Positions 1 to 7,954 of a stretch of DNA of 64,000 nt are shown in pieces (position 1 is the stretch's first letter; every line of letters starts with the position of its first letter). The notes under the pieces are model-generated. The model was not told where the DNA came from. It made no database searches and saw nothing but the letters and a program-made list of their open reading frames with translations. The stretch is from assembly GCA_963745915.1 (NCBI GenBank), contig CAVUZA010000001.1, forward strand, positions 14,622 through 78,621, read 5' to 3'. The translations under genes and the position numbers were made by a program. The DNA is from an uncultured Solirubrobacterales bacterium (GTDB taxonomy: Bacteria; Actinomycetota; Thermoleophilia; Solirubrobacterales; 70-9).

Positions 1-1728
1 CATCTCCGAGGAGTCGACGTCGTGGTGCTTGCCGTCCACCAGCCGCACCAGCACGTCCTTGACCGGGTAGCCGGCCACCGTGCCGTGCGCCATCGCCTCC
101 TGCACCCCCTTCTCGACCCCGGGGATGTAGCCGCCGGGGATCGACGCCCCCTTGATCCGGTTGACGAACTCGAGCCCCGTCCCGTCCGCCGCCGGCTCGA
201 TCTCGATCGCGCAGTCGGCGAACTGGCCGCGCCCGCCGGACTGCTTCTTGTAGCGGGCGCGGGCGCTTGCCGGGCGGCGGATCGACTCGCGGTAGGGGAC
301 GCGCGGCGGGTGCAGCTCGACCTCGACCCCGAAGCGCCGGCGCAGCCGCGCCACGATCACCTCGACGTGGACCTGGGTCAGGCCGGCGATGATCTGCTCG
401 CCGGTCTGCGCGTCGCGGTGCACGTCGAGCGTCGGGTCTTCCTCGCACAGCCGCCGCACCGCCGCCGCGGCCTTCTCCTCGTCGCCGGCCGAGCGCGGCT
501 CGTAGGCGAAGGCCATCACCGGCGCCGGCAGCTCGAGCGGCGCGAAGGCGATCTCCGCCGGCTCGGCGCAGAGCACGTCGCCGGCGTGGGTGCGCTTCAG
601 CTTCGCCACCGCGCCGACATCCCCGGCCCCCAGCTCCGCCGCCGGCCGCAGCTCGCCGCCCAGCGGCTGGGAGAGCTGGCCGACCCGCTCCTTGCCGCCC
701 GCGGTGACGTTGACCGCCTGGCTGTCGGAGCGCAGCGTGCCGCGGTAGACGCGGAAGAGGTTGACCCGGCCGGTGTAGGGGTCGGCGAGCGTCTTGAACA
801 CGTAGGCGACCAGCGGCCCCTGCTCGTCGGGCTCGATCTCGATCGCCTCGCCGCCGGCGCCGCTCGCCGCCACCGCGCCGCGCATCGCCGGCGAGGGCAG
901 GTCCTCGACCAGCGCCTCGAGCAGCCGGCCGGTGCCGAGGTTGCGGGTCGCCACCCCGCAGGTGACCGGGAACAGCCGCCCCGCCGTCACCCCCCGCTTC
1001 AGCGCCCGCACCACCTCCTCGTGGCCGATCTCCTCCCCCTCCAGGTAGCGCTCCATCAGCTCGTCGGAGTTCTCCGCCACCTCGTCCATCAGCTTCTCGC
1101 GGTACTCCTCGGCCCGCTCGCGCAGCTCCGCGGGGACCTCCGCCTCGCGCGCCGCGCCCGGCCCCACCCCCTCGTACTCGAAGGCGCGCATGTCGATCAG
1201 GTCGACGACGCCGCGCACCTCCCGCTCGGCGCCGATCGGGATCTCGGTGGCGACCACGTGCGGCCCGAAGGCGCTCTTCAGCGAGTCGAGCGCGGCGAAG
1301 AAGTCGGCCCGCTCGCGGTCGAGCATGTTTACGAAGACCAGCCGCGCCAGGCCCTCGGCGTCGGCCCGCCGCCAGAGCCGCTCGGTGTGGACCTCGACCC
1401 CGGCCACCGCGCTGACGACGACCACCGCCGAGTCGGCGACCCGCAGCGAGGCGACCGCGTCGGCGACGAAGCTCGGCTCGCCCGGGGTGTCGATCAGGTT
1501 GATCTCGCGGCCGTCGTGCTCGAAGCAGGCGAGCGCCGCGTCGATCGACATCTGCCGCTCCTGCTCGTCGGGCTCGTGGTCGGAGACGGTGGTCCCCTCG
1601 GCGACCGTGCCGAGCCGGCTCACGGCGCCGGCCTCGAACAGCATCGCCTCGTGCAGGCTCGTCTTCCCGCTCCCCCTATGGCCGATCAGAGCGACGTTCC
1701 GAATCCGGTCTGCAGCCTTGTGCGACAC
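1..1728 (-). CDS. Elongation factor G family GTPase (N-terminal 576 codons; C-terminus runs off the left edge)
   Basis: Minus frame is open from GTG at 1726-1728 to base 1. It is absent from the ORF track because there is no stop in the window. My translation: VSHKAADRIRNVALIGHRGSGKTSLHEAMLFEAG (G1 P-loop) ... INLIDTPGEPSF ... HDVDSSEM, typical of EF-G domains I-IV. Confidence 0.85.
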   Translation of the reverse strand, partial: MSHKAADRIRNVALIGHRGSGKTSLHEAMLFEAGAVSRLGTVAEGTTVSDHEPDEQERQMSIDAALACFEHDGREINLIDTPGEPSFVADAVASLRVADSAVVVVSAVAGVEVHTERLWRRADAEGLARLVFVNMLDRERADFFAALDSLKSAFGPHVVATEIPIGAEREVRGVVDLIDMRAFEYEGVGPGAAREAEVPAELRERAEEYREKLMDEVAENSDELMERYLEGEEIGHEEVVRALKRGVTAGRLFPVTCGVATRNLGTGRLLEALVEDLPSPAMRGAVAASGAGGEAIEIEPDEQGPLVAYVFKTLADPYTGRVNLFRVYRGTLRSDSQAVNVTAGGKERVGQLSQPLGGELRPAAELGAGDVGAVAKLKRTHAGDVLCAEPAEIAFAPLELPAPVMAFAYEPRSAGDEEKAAAAVRRLCEEDPTLDVHRDAQTGEQIIAGLTQVHVEVIVARLRRRFGVEVELHPPRVPYRESIRRPASARARYKKQSGGRGQFADCAIEIEPAADGTGLEFVNRIKGASIPGGYIPGVEKGVQEAMAHGTVAGYPVKDVLVRLVDGKHHDVDSSEM

Positions 1729-1775
1729 GCACCGAAGGTACACCCCGCTCTGCGCATTTCAAGCGGGTTGAGAGT

Positions 1776-1855
1776 GGGAGCGGCGGGCGCCCCTCCCCAA
1801 ACACTCAAGCGCGGCTCCTGCCGCGCGTTTGGGGAGGGGCGACCGCCGCTCCCCC
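1776..1855. repeat. Copy A of an ~80-nt palindromic intergenic repeat (family 1)
   Basis: GGGAGCGGCGGGCGCCCCTCCCCAAAC / 24-nt centre ACTCAAGCGCGGCTCCTGCCGCGC / GTTTGGGGAGGGGCGACCGCCGCTCCC. The ~27-nt arms pair with one mismatch. It lies directly after the sigma-factor stop (1868) and before the EF-G start (1728). Confidence 0.85.
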
Positions 1856-1867
1856 ACGCAGCTGCTG

Positions 1868-2644
1868 CTATGCCGCCTGGGCCATACCCGACTTGAGCCG
1901 CATCACGGCCTTGGTGTGCAGCTGGGAGACGCGCGACTCGGTCACCCCGAGCACCTCGCCGATCTCGCGCAGGGTGAGGTTCTCGTAGTAGTAGAGGGCG
2001 ATCACCAGCTGCTCGCGCTCGGGCAGGGTGGCGATCGCGTCGGTCAGCCGGTCCTTGACCTCGCTCGAGGCCAGCGACTCCTGCGGGTCCTCGGCGCGCG
2101 GGTCGGAGATCGTGTCGAGCAGGGAGACCTGGTCGCCGGAGGAGTCCGAGACTGTCCACAGCTCGTCGAGGGCGTAGACCGAGGAGTTGGCGATCTCCAG
2201 CAGCGAGGTCTGCAGTTCGTCCTCGGAGAGCCCCAGCCGCGCGGCCAGCTCGGCCTCGGTCGGCGCCCGCTGCAGCTCGTGCTCGAGCTTGGCCTGGGCG
2301 GCCTCGATCTCGCGCGCCCGCGAGCGCACCGAGCGCGGCACCCAGTCGAGCGAGCGCAGCTCGTCGATGATCGCGCCGCGGATCCGGGTCATGGCGAAGG
2401 TCTCGAACTTGATCCCGCGCTCGGGCTCGAAGCGCTCGATCGCCCCGATCAGCCCCATCAGCCCGTAGGAGATCAGGTCGGCGTCGTCGACGTGCGAGGG
2501 CAGCCCGGCGCCGAGCCGCCCGGCGACGAACTTGACCATCGGCGAGTAGGCGACGACCAGGCGCTCGCGGGCGCCGGCGTCGCCGTCCTGCTTGTAGCGG
2601 CGCCACAGGTCGCGCAGCTCCACCTCTTTTACGCCCGTTTCCAT
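1868..2644 (-). CDS. RNA polymerase sigma factor, FliA/WhiG (sigma-28) family
   Basis: 258-aa ORF with regions 2, 3 and 4: LVVAYSPMVKFVAGRL, DLISYGLMGLIGAIERFEP, FETFAMTRIRGAIIDELR, YYENLTLREIGEVLGVTESRVSQLHTKA. Confidence 0.9.
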   Translation of the reverse strand: METGVKEVELRDLWRRYKQDGDAGARERLVVAYSPMVKFVAGRLGAGLPSHVDDADLISYGLMGLIGAIERFEPERGIKFETFAMTRIRGAIIDELRSLDWVPRSVRSRAREIEAAQAKLEHELQRAPTEAELAARLGLSEDELQTSLLEIANSSVYALDELWTVSDSSGDQVSLLDTISDPRAEDPQESLASSEVKDRLTDAIATLPEREQLVIALYYYENLTLREIGEVLGVTESRVSQLHTKAVMRLKSGMAQAA

Positions 2645-2686
2645 GCCCTCCGTTGAATCCTAAGGTCGCTGACCGTCATCGCACGC

Positions 2687-3593
2687 TCACGCCCGCGGGT
2701 GGGTGGCAGCGTACGCGTCGCGGAGGCGAGCCGCATCGACCCGAGTGTAGACCTGCGTGGTCGAGATCGACGCGTGGCCGAGCAGCTCCTGGATCGTGCG
2801 CAGGTCGGCGCCGCCCTCGAGCAGGTGGGTGGCGAAGCTGTGGCGCAGCGAGTGCGGCGAGATCGCAGCCGCCAGCGCCGCCTGGCGCACCCAGAATCCC
2901 CAGCCGCCGGGTGACGTCGGAGCTCGACAGCCGCCGGCCGCTCTTGGAGAGGAAGAGCGCCTGCTCGCGCGGGTCGCCGGCGAGCGCCCGGCGGCCGCGC
3001 TCGGCGTAGGCGCGCAGCGCCCGCTGGGCCGGCTCGCCGACCGGCAGCAGCCGCTCCTTGGAGCCCTTGCCGAGCACCCGCAGCTGCTCGGTCTCGTGGT
3101 CGAGCGCGCCGCAGTCGAGGTTGACGATCTCCTCGCAGCGCAGCCCGCACGAGTAGGCCAGCTCCAGCATCGCCCGGTCGCGCAGCTCCAGCGGCGTGCG
3201 GGCCGGGATCCGCTCCAGCAGCGTGCGCATCTGCTCGGCGGAGAGCACCTGCGGCAGCTTCTCCTCGCGCTTCGGGCTGGAGACCAGGTCGGCCGGGTTC
3301 TGGCCGACGCGCTCGGTGCGGACCAGGAAGTCGTAGAGGCCGCGGACCGCGGCCAGCTTGCGGGCCACGGTCGCCGGCGCCGCGCCCTCGCGGGAGAGCC
3401 CGGCGGCGTAGCGGCGCACCTCGCGGTGGCGCACCTCGCCCGGCTCCCGCTCCCCCGCCCACTCGACGAACTGGCCGAGGTCGACGGCGTAGGCCCGCCG
3501 CGTGCGCTCCGCCGCGCCGCGCCCGCGCAGGTCCCTGTCGTAGGCGGCGAGCGCCTCATCCCAACTCACCCGACCACCTTCGCCGCCGGCCAC
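2687..3593 (-). pseudogene. xerC: Tyrosine site-specific recombinase XerC/XerD, split by an apparent +1 insertion at about 2895-2896
   Basis: The N-terminal frame (ORF 2676..3593) is Xer-like up to ...[10 protein letters not shown]. The catalytic C-terminus ([41 protein letters not shown]) is in ORF 2687..3559. The 907-nt length is 1 mod 3. Confidence 0.85.
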
Positions 3594-3602
3594 GGCGTGC
3601 CT

Positions 3603-4652
3603 TCAGCCGATGTAGATCGGGGTGCCGACTTCGACCCGGTCGTAGAGATCTTCGACGTCGGGGATCGCCATCCGCACGCAGCCGTGCGAGGCGGCGGTGC
3701 CCAGCGAGGAGGTCTCTTCGGTGCCGTGGATGCCGGCGCCTTCGAAGATCCCCATCCAGCGCGCCTTCAGCGGGTTCGACGGCCCGGGCGGGATCGACTG
3801 CCCGGCGAGGCTGCCGGCCCAGTCGGAGTTGGGCACGTGCCAGGTGGGTTCCACCTGCTTGTCCTGGATGTGGTACAGCCCTTCCGGCGTTTCCAGCCCT
3901 TCCTGGCCGACCGCGACGGTGTAGGTCTTGACCAGCTTCAGGTCCTTCCAGAAGCGCAGGGTGAAGTTGGCGCGGTCGAGGGTGAGGTAGGTCGGGTAGG
4001 AGCCGGCGACTTCCGCGGTCGTTACCTCGGGCGGCACCGAGTGGGTGCGGGCGGCGATCGTGTGGTCGGCTTCGGCGTTGAGCACGGCGGCGCGCAGCTC
4101 GCGGGTGAGCAGCACGTCGCGCAGCTTGCGGCCGTTCTCGGCCTTGACCACGTGCAGCGAGTCGCCGCTCGCTTCGACCGAGGCGTCCTGCGGGTCGCGC
4201 CCGACTTCCTCGGCGACCCTGCGCACGAAGCGGTTGATCGCCTGGCGCGAGTAGGTGACGTCGGCGGCGACCTGCTCGTCGACTTCGCCGCCGGTCACGT
4301 AGCGGACCAGCCGCCCGGGCAGGCCGCCGGCGCGGCTTTCGGCCAGCGCCCGGTCGACCGCGGCGTCGAGGTCGGCGTGCACCTTCAGCGTCCGCCCCGG
4401 CAGCTCCCAGCTCTCGCCGTCGTAGCCGACCCGGACCGAGTGGCGCAGCGGCCGCAGCAGCTTGCCGCGCACCGCCCGCTTGGCTTCCGCCGCGTCCATG
4501 CCGCCGACGTCGACGCCGGCGATCGTCACCCCGGCGGCGATCGTGTCCTTCTGCGAGGAGTCGTAGACGTAGCCGATCCCGGCGGCGATCAGGATCACGC
4601 CGGCCAGCGACAGCAGAGCGATTTGCGTCTTGCGCCCCATCACCTTCACCAA
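3603..4652 (-). CDS. L,D-transpeptidase (YkuD domain) with an N-terminal membrane anchor
   Basis: 349 aa. TM segment IALLSLAGVILIAAGIGYV. C-terminal YkuD catalytic motif GIHGT...SHGCVRM. Confidence 0.9.
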   Translation of the reverse strand: MVKVMGRKTQIALLSLAGVILIAAGIGYVYDSSQKDTIAAGVTIAGVDVGGMDAAEAKRAVRGKLLRPLRHSVRVGYDGESWELPGRTLKVHADLDAAVDRALAESRAGGLPGRLVRYVTGGEVDEQVAADVTYSRQAINRFVRRVAEEVGRDPQDASVEASGDSLHVVKAENGRKLRDVLLTRELRAAVLNAEADHTIAARTHSVPPEVTTAEVAGSYPTYLTLDRANFTLRFWKDLKLVKTYTVAVGQEGLETPEGLYHIQDKQVEPTWHVPNSDWAGSLAGQSIPPGPSNPLKARWMGIFEGAGIHGTEETSSLGTAASHGCVRMAIPDVEDLYDRVEVGTPIYIG

Positions 4653-4757
4653 GAGTCAACGAAAAGTTTAAGCATGCGGTTCATTCGCTCAGATCGGCAG
4701 CGACACCTGCAAGCCTGAGATCAGCAGCCTGACGGCCGCTGCGGATATCGTTAGGGC

Positions 4758-5471
4758 GTGCGCTCCAAGGACGACGTGCGCAAGGACGTCTGGAAGGCGA
4801 TGGACCGGGCAGGCGTCTCGCGCTTCCCGGGCGCCGAGGGACGGATCCCCAACTTCGCCGGGGCCAAGCTGGCGGCCGAGAAGCTGGCCGGCCACCGGCT
4901 CTGGAAGCGGGCGCGGGCGATCAAGGCCAACCCCGACTCGCCGCAGACCCACGCCCGCCGCATGGCGCTGGAGGAGGGCAAGGTCGTGATCATGGCCGTG
5001 CCCCGCCTGCGCGACCCCCACCCGTTTCGCGTGCTCGACCCGAAGAAGCTCTCCAAGCGGGCGATCAAAGAGGCCTCGACGATCAAGGGCGCGCTCAAAC
5101 ACGGCCGCGTCACCGCCCTCGACGAGCTGCCCGAGATCGACTTCGTCCTCTGCGGCTCGGTCGCCGTCAACCTCAGCGGCGCCCGGGTCGGCAAGGGCGG
5201 CGGTTACTCCGACCTCGAGTACGGGGTGCTGATCGACGCCGGCAAGATCGACGACCACACCACGGTGGCGACCACCGTGCACCCGACCCAGGTGCTGCGC
5301 CGCCACCTGATGATGACCTCCCACGACCTGCCGGTCGACGTGATTGCCACGCCGCGCGCGGTGATCGAGGTCGAGCGCCAGTACGAGCGCCCGCGCGGCA
5401 TCCTCTGGGACCACCTGCAACCGCCCCAGATCCGGGAGATACCCATACTCGAACGTATGGGCTATGCCTGA
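4758..5471 (+). CDS. 5-formyltetrahydrofolate cyclo-ligase family protein
   Basis: 237 aa. RIPNFAGA, LCGSVAVNLSGARVGKGGGYSDLEY and the overall length fit the 5-FCL-like fold. Confidence 0.75.
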   Translation: MRSKDDVRKDVWKAMDRAGVSRFPGAEGRIPNFAGAKLAAEKLAGHRLWKRARAIKANPDSPQTHARRMALEEGKVVIMAVPRLRDPHPFRVLDPKKLSKRAIKEASTIKGALKHGRVTALDELPEIDFVLCGSVAVNLSGARVGKGGGYSDLEYGVLIDAGKIDDHTTVATTVHPTQVLRRHLMMTSHDLPVDVIATPRAVIEVERQYERPRGILWDHLQPPQIREIPILERMGYA

Positions 5472-6336
5472 CGACTACGGCAACCCCGACCCCGAGTGGC
5501 TGCGGATCGACTGGCGCCCGCACCTGCACCGGGTCGAGCTGCCGGGCGCCACCGTCAACTACGCCGAGATCGGCGAAGGCGAGCCGCTGGTCTTCGTCCA
5601 CGGCCTCTCCGGCTCCTGGCAGAACTGGCTCGAGAACCTGCCCCACTTCGGCCGCGCCCACCGCGCGGTGGCCGTCGACCTGCCCGGCTTCGGCGCCAGC
5701 CCGATGCCCTCCTGGACGATCGACATGTACGCCTACGGCCGCCTCCTGCACGACTTCTGCGCCAAGCTCGGGCTCGAGGGGGCGACCCTGGTCGGCAACT
5801 CGATGGGCGGCCTGGTCGCCGCCGAGGCGGTGCTAACCGCGCCCGAGCGCTACCGCCGCCTGGTCCTCGTCTCGGCCGCCGGCTTCCTCAACACCTGGCT
5901 GCCGCACGAGCGCGGGCGGGCGACGGCCGGCGCCTGGGACGCCTTCGGCGCGCGGGTCGGCGCCCTCGCCCGCTTCACCGTCACCCACCGGCGGGCCCGC
6001 TGGCTCAACCTCCGCTTCGCGATCCGCCACCCGGGCCGCCTGCGCAGGGAGCTGCTCTGGGAGCAGGTCGATTCCGGCGTCCCCTGCCCCGGCTTCGCCG
6101 ACGCCCTCGACGCGGTGCTCGAATACGACGCCCGCGACCGCCTCGGCGAGATCGAGCTCCCGACCCTGATCGTCTGGGGCGCCGCCGACTGGATCATCCC
6201 CTCGCTCGCCGCCCACAGCTACCACCGCCGCATCCCCCACTCCCAGCTGGCGATCTTCGACGACACCGGCCACGTCCCCCAGCTCGAGCGCCCCGCCCGC
6301 TTCAACCGCCTGCTGGAGGAGTTCCTGGCGGGCTGA
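5464..6336 (+). CDS. Alpha/beta-fold hydrolase
   Basis: 290 aa. HGLSGS oxyanion region, nucleophile elbow GNSMGG, and a C-terminal ...DTGHVPQLE His. It overlaps the previous gene by 8 nt. Confidence 0.85.
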   Translation: MPDDYGNPDPEWLRIDWRPHLHRVELPGATVNYAEIGEGEPLVFVHGLSGSWQNWLENLPHFGRAHRAVAVDLPGFGASPMPSWTIDMYAYGRLLHDFCAKLGLEGATLVGNSMGGLVAAEAVLTAPERYRRLVLVSAAGFLNTWLPHERGRATAGAWDAFGARVGALARFTVTHRRARWLNLRFAIRHPGRLRRELLWEQVDSGVPCPGFADALDAVLEYDARDRLGEIELPTLIVWGAADWIIPSLAAHSYHRRIPHSQLAIFDDTGHVPQLERPARFNRLLEEFLAG

Positions 6337-6343
6337 GAGCCCG

Positions 6344-7198
6344 ATGCACGACCCCGGCGCCGATACATTCTCGACCTTGCTCGCGATTTCCGACATCCTC
6401 AGCGGCGCGGAAAATGTCGGCTACAACGTGGTCTCGGCGCCGATCGTCGTCGCCCTCGTCTGGTTTCGCAGGGCGATCTCGCTCAGGGCAAAGGCTGCGT
6501 GGCGGTGGGTCTACTCGGTGCTGAGCGGCAGGCGCTTCGTGCTCATCTGGATCGATGACCGGGGACACGCGAAAAAGCTCATTCCCCACCTCGAAAAGCA
6601 AAGCAGCGACAGGCTCAGCTTCAAGGCGGTCGGACTCCCCCGCGAGATACTGAACTTCCCGCGAAGCAAGAAGCGGACCGCAGCGATCGTCCTGCTGGAC
6701 ACCGATGTCAGCAAGCTCGCCGACGAGCCGAAGACTGCCGAGCAGGTCGAGTCCCGCCTGCACGACTTCGTCGACGCGGGCGGCGGGCTGATCGGCGGCC
6801 ACGACCTGATCTACCGGCGCGCCCGAGCCAAGGTGTTGCAGCGAATGTTCGGCTGCCAGCTCGTGCGCTTCGACGACAACAAGGGACAACCGGTCCCCTA
6901 CCGCATCAACCGCGATCAGGCGGACCACCCGCTCGCCGCCGATCTGCCGGAGTCCTACACCCTCGCGGACGGAGAGTTCTGCTGGGGCGACTGGGCGCCG
7001 GACGCCCAGGTCGTGTTCAGGACCGATGATCGTGAGCAACGACCCCTGGTCGTCTGCCGCGAGTACTCGAAGGGGCGGGTCGTGTGGTTGAACAGCGGCG
7101 ACAAGGGAGACTGGCTCTGCCCCAGCATCGCCCAACCCGAACCGCCGTTCATCACCCTTCTCGGCAATGCCCTGAGCTGGGTACAGGGGGGCGCGTGA
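6344..7198 (+). CDS. Membrane-anchored protein with a ThuA-like / class-I glutamine-amidotransferase-like domain (tentative)
   Basis: 284 aa. N-terminal TM VVSAPIVVALVWF. FVDAGGGLIGGHD ... HPLAADLP ... GRVVWLNSGDKG ... LLGNALSWV resembles the ThuA-like motif layout. G+C is lower than the flanks. The family call is from memory of motifs, not from a search. Confidence 0.55.
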   Translation: MHDPGADTFSTLLAISDILSGAENVGYNVVSAPIVVALVWFRRAISLRAKAAWRWVYSVLSGRRFVLIWIDDRGHAKKLIPHLEKQSSDRLSFKAVGLPREILNFPRSKKRTAAIVLLDTDVSKLADEPKTAEQVESRLHDFVDAGGGLIGGHDLIYRRARAKVLQRMFGCQLVRFDDNKGQPVPYRINRDQADHPLAADLPESYTLADGEFCWGDWAPDAQVVFRTDDREQRPLVVCREYSKGRVVWLNSGDKGDWLCPSIAQPEPPFITLLGNALSWVQGGA

Positions 7199-7911
7199 AC
7201 GACTCGCCGCTCGTCGTGGCCCATCGCGGCGCATCCGCTGGGATGACCGACAACAGCCTCGAGTCCTTCGACCGGGCGATCGAGGTGGGGGCGGACATGA
7301 TCGAGTTCGATGTCCGGCAGACGGCCGACGAGCGACTGATCGTCCTCCACGATGCCGAGGTCGGCGGCTCGCCCGTCCCGTCGCTCACCCGCGGGGCAAT
7401 CTCCCAGCATCTGGGCTATGAGCCCCCCCTGCTCGACGAGGTGCTGGAGTTGGCGCAGGGGCGGATCGGCCTCGACGTAGAGCTCAAGGAAGACGGCTAC
7501 GTGGAGCGAGTGATGGCCGCCGTTGCCGCGCGCTCCGACTCCCAGGAGGTGGTCTTCACCTCCTTTCTCGATGACGTCGTCGCCCTCGTCAAGCGGCTCG
7601 ACCCGGGCACGAGGACTGGCCTGCTGATCGGGCTCGAGCGCCCGAGGCCCTACCTGCAGACCAGGGTCTCAGAGACCTTCCCCGCCCGCAGGGCTCGCAC
7701 CTGCGGCGCGGACTTCGTCGCCATGCATCACCGACTTGCCGACCTCGGCGCCATACAGAGAGCGCACTCCGCCGGCTACCCGGTGGTCATCTGGACCGTC
7801 AACTCCGACGAGGCCCTACGGCGGTTCCTCGCCGACCGGCGCGTGTATGCGGTGATCACCGACGTACCCGAGCGGGCGCTCGCGTTGCGCGCCGACGTGC
7901 GCGGCGAATAG
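7195..7911 (+). CDS. Glycerophosphodiester phosphodiesterase (GDPD)
   Basis: The GTG at 7195 overlaps the upstream TGA (GTGA). VVAHRGAS...ENSL-type motif (HRGASAGMTDNSLESF) and IEFDVRQTADERLIVLHD. Confidence 0.85.
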   Translation: MNDSPLVVAHRGASAGMTDNSLESFDRAIEVGADMIEFDVRQTADERLIVLHDAEVGGSPVPSLTRGAISQHLGYEPPLLDEVLELAQGRIGLDVELKEDGYVERVMAAVAARSDSQEVVFTSFLDDVVALVKRLDPGTRTGLLIGLERPRPYLQTRVSETFPARRARTCGADFVAMHHRLADLGAIQRAHSAGYPVVIWTVNSDEALRRFLADRRVYAVITDVPERALALRADVRGE

Positions 7912-7954
7912 CGGCCGCCCAGCCTGGACCGCGGCGCCGGCCGCTCCCCCCTCC

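Noticed and set aside
22-1896. Very long ORFs antisense or off-frame to recognisable genes. Examples: 22..1896+, 2757..4718+, 29749..32694+, 38247..40787-, 48113..51010-, 52289..54781+, 56374..59484+, 59761..61725-, and dozens of 60-400-aa ORFs.
   Set aside because: Their translations are Arg/Pro/Gly/Ala-rich low-complexity strings with no motifs. They overlap genes with clear family signatures on the other strand or frame. Stop codons are rare at this G+C, so long spurious ORFs are expected.
2687-3593. The tyrosine recombinase as a marker of an integrated mobile element.
   Set aside because: Its sequence is of the XerC/XerD chromosome-dimer-resolution type, and it lies among core genes with native G+C. 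There are no att-like repeats or phage/ICE genes nearby.
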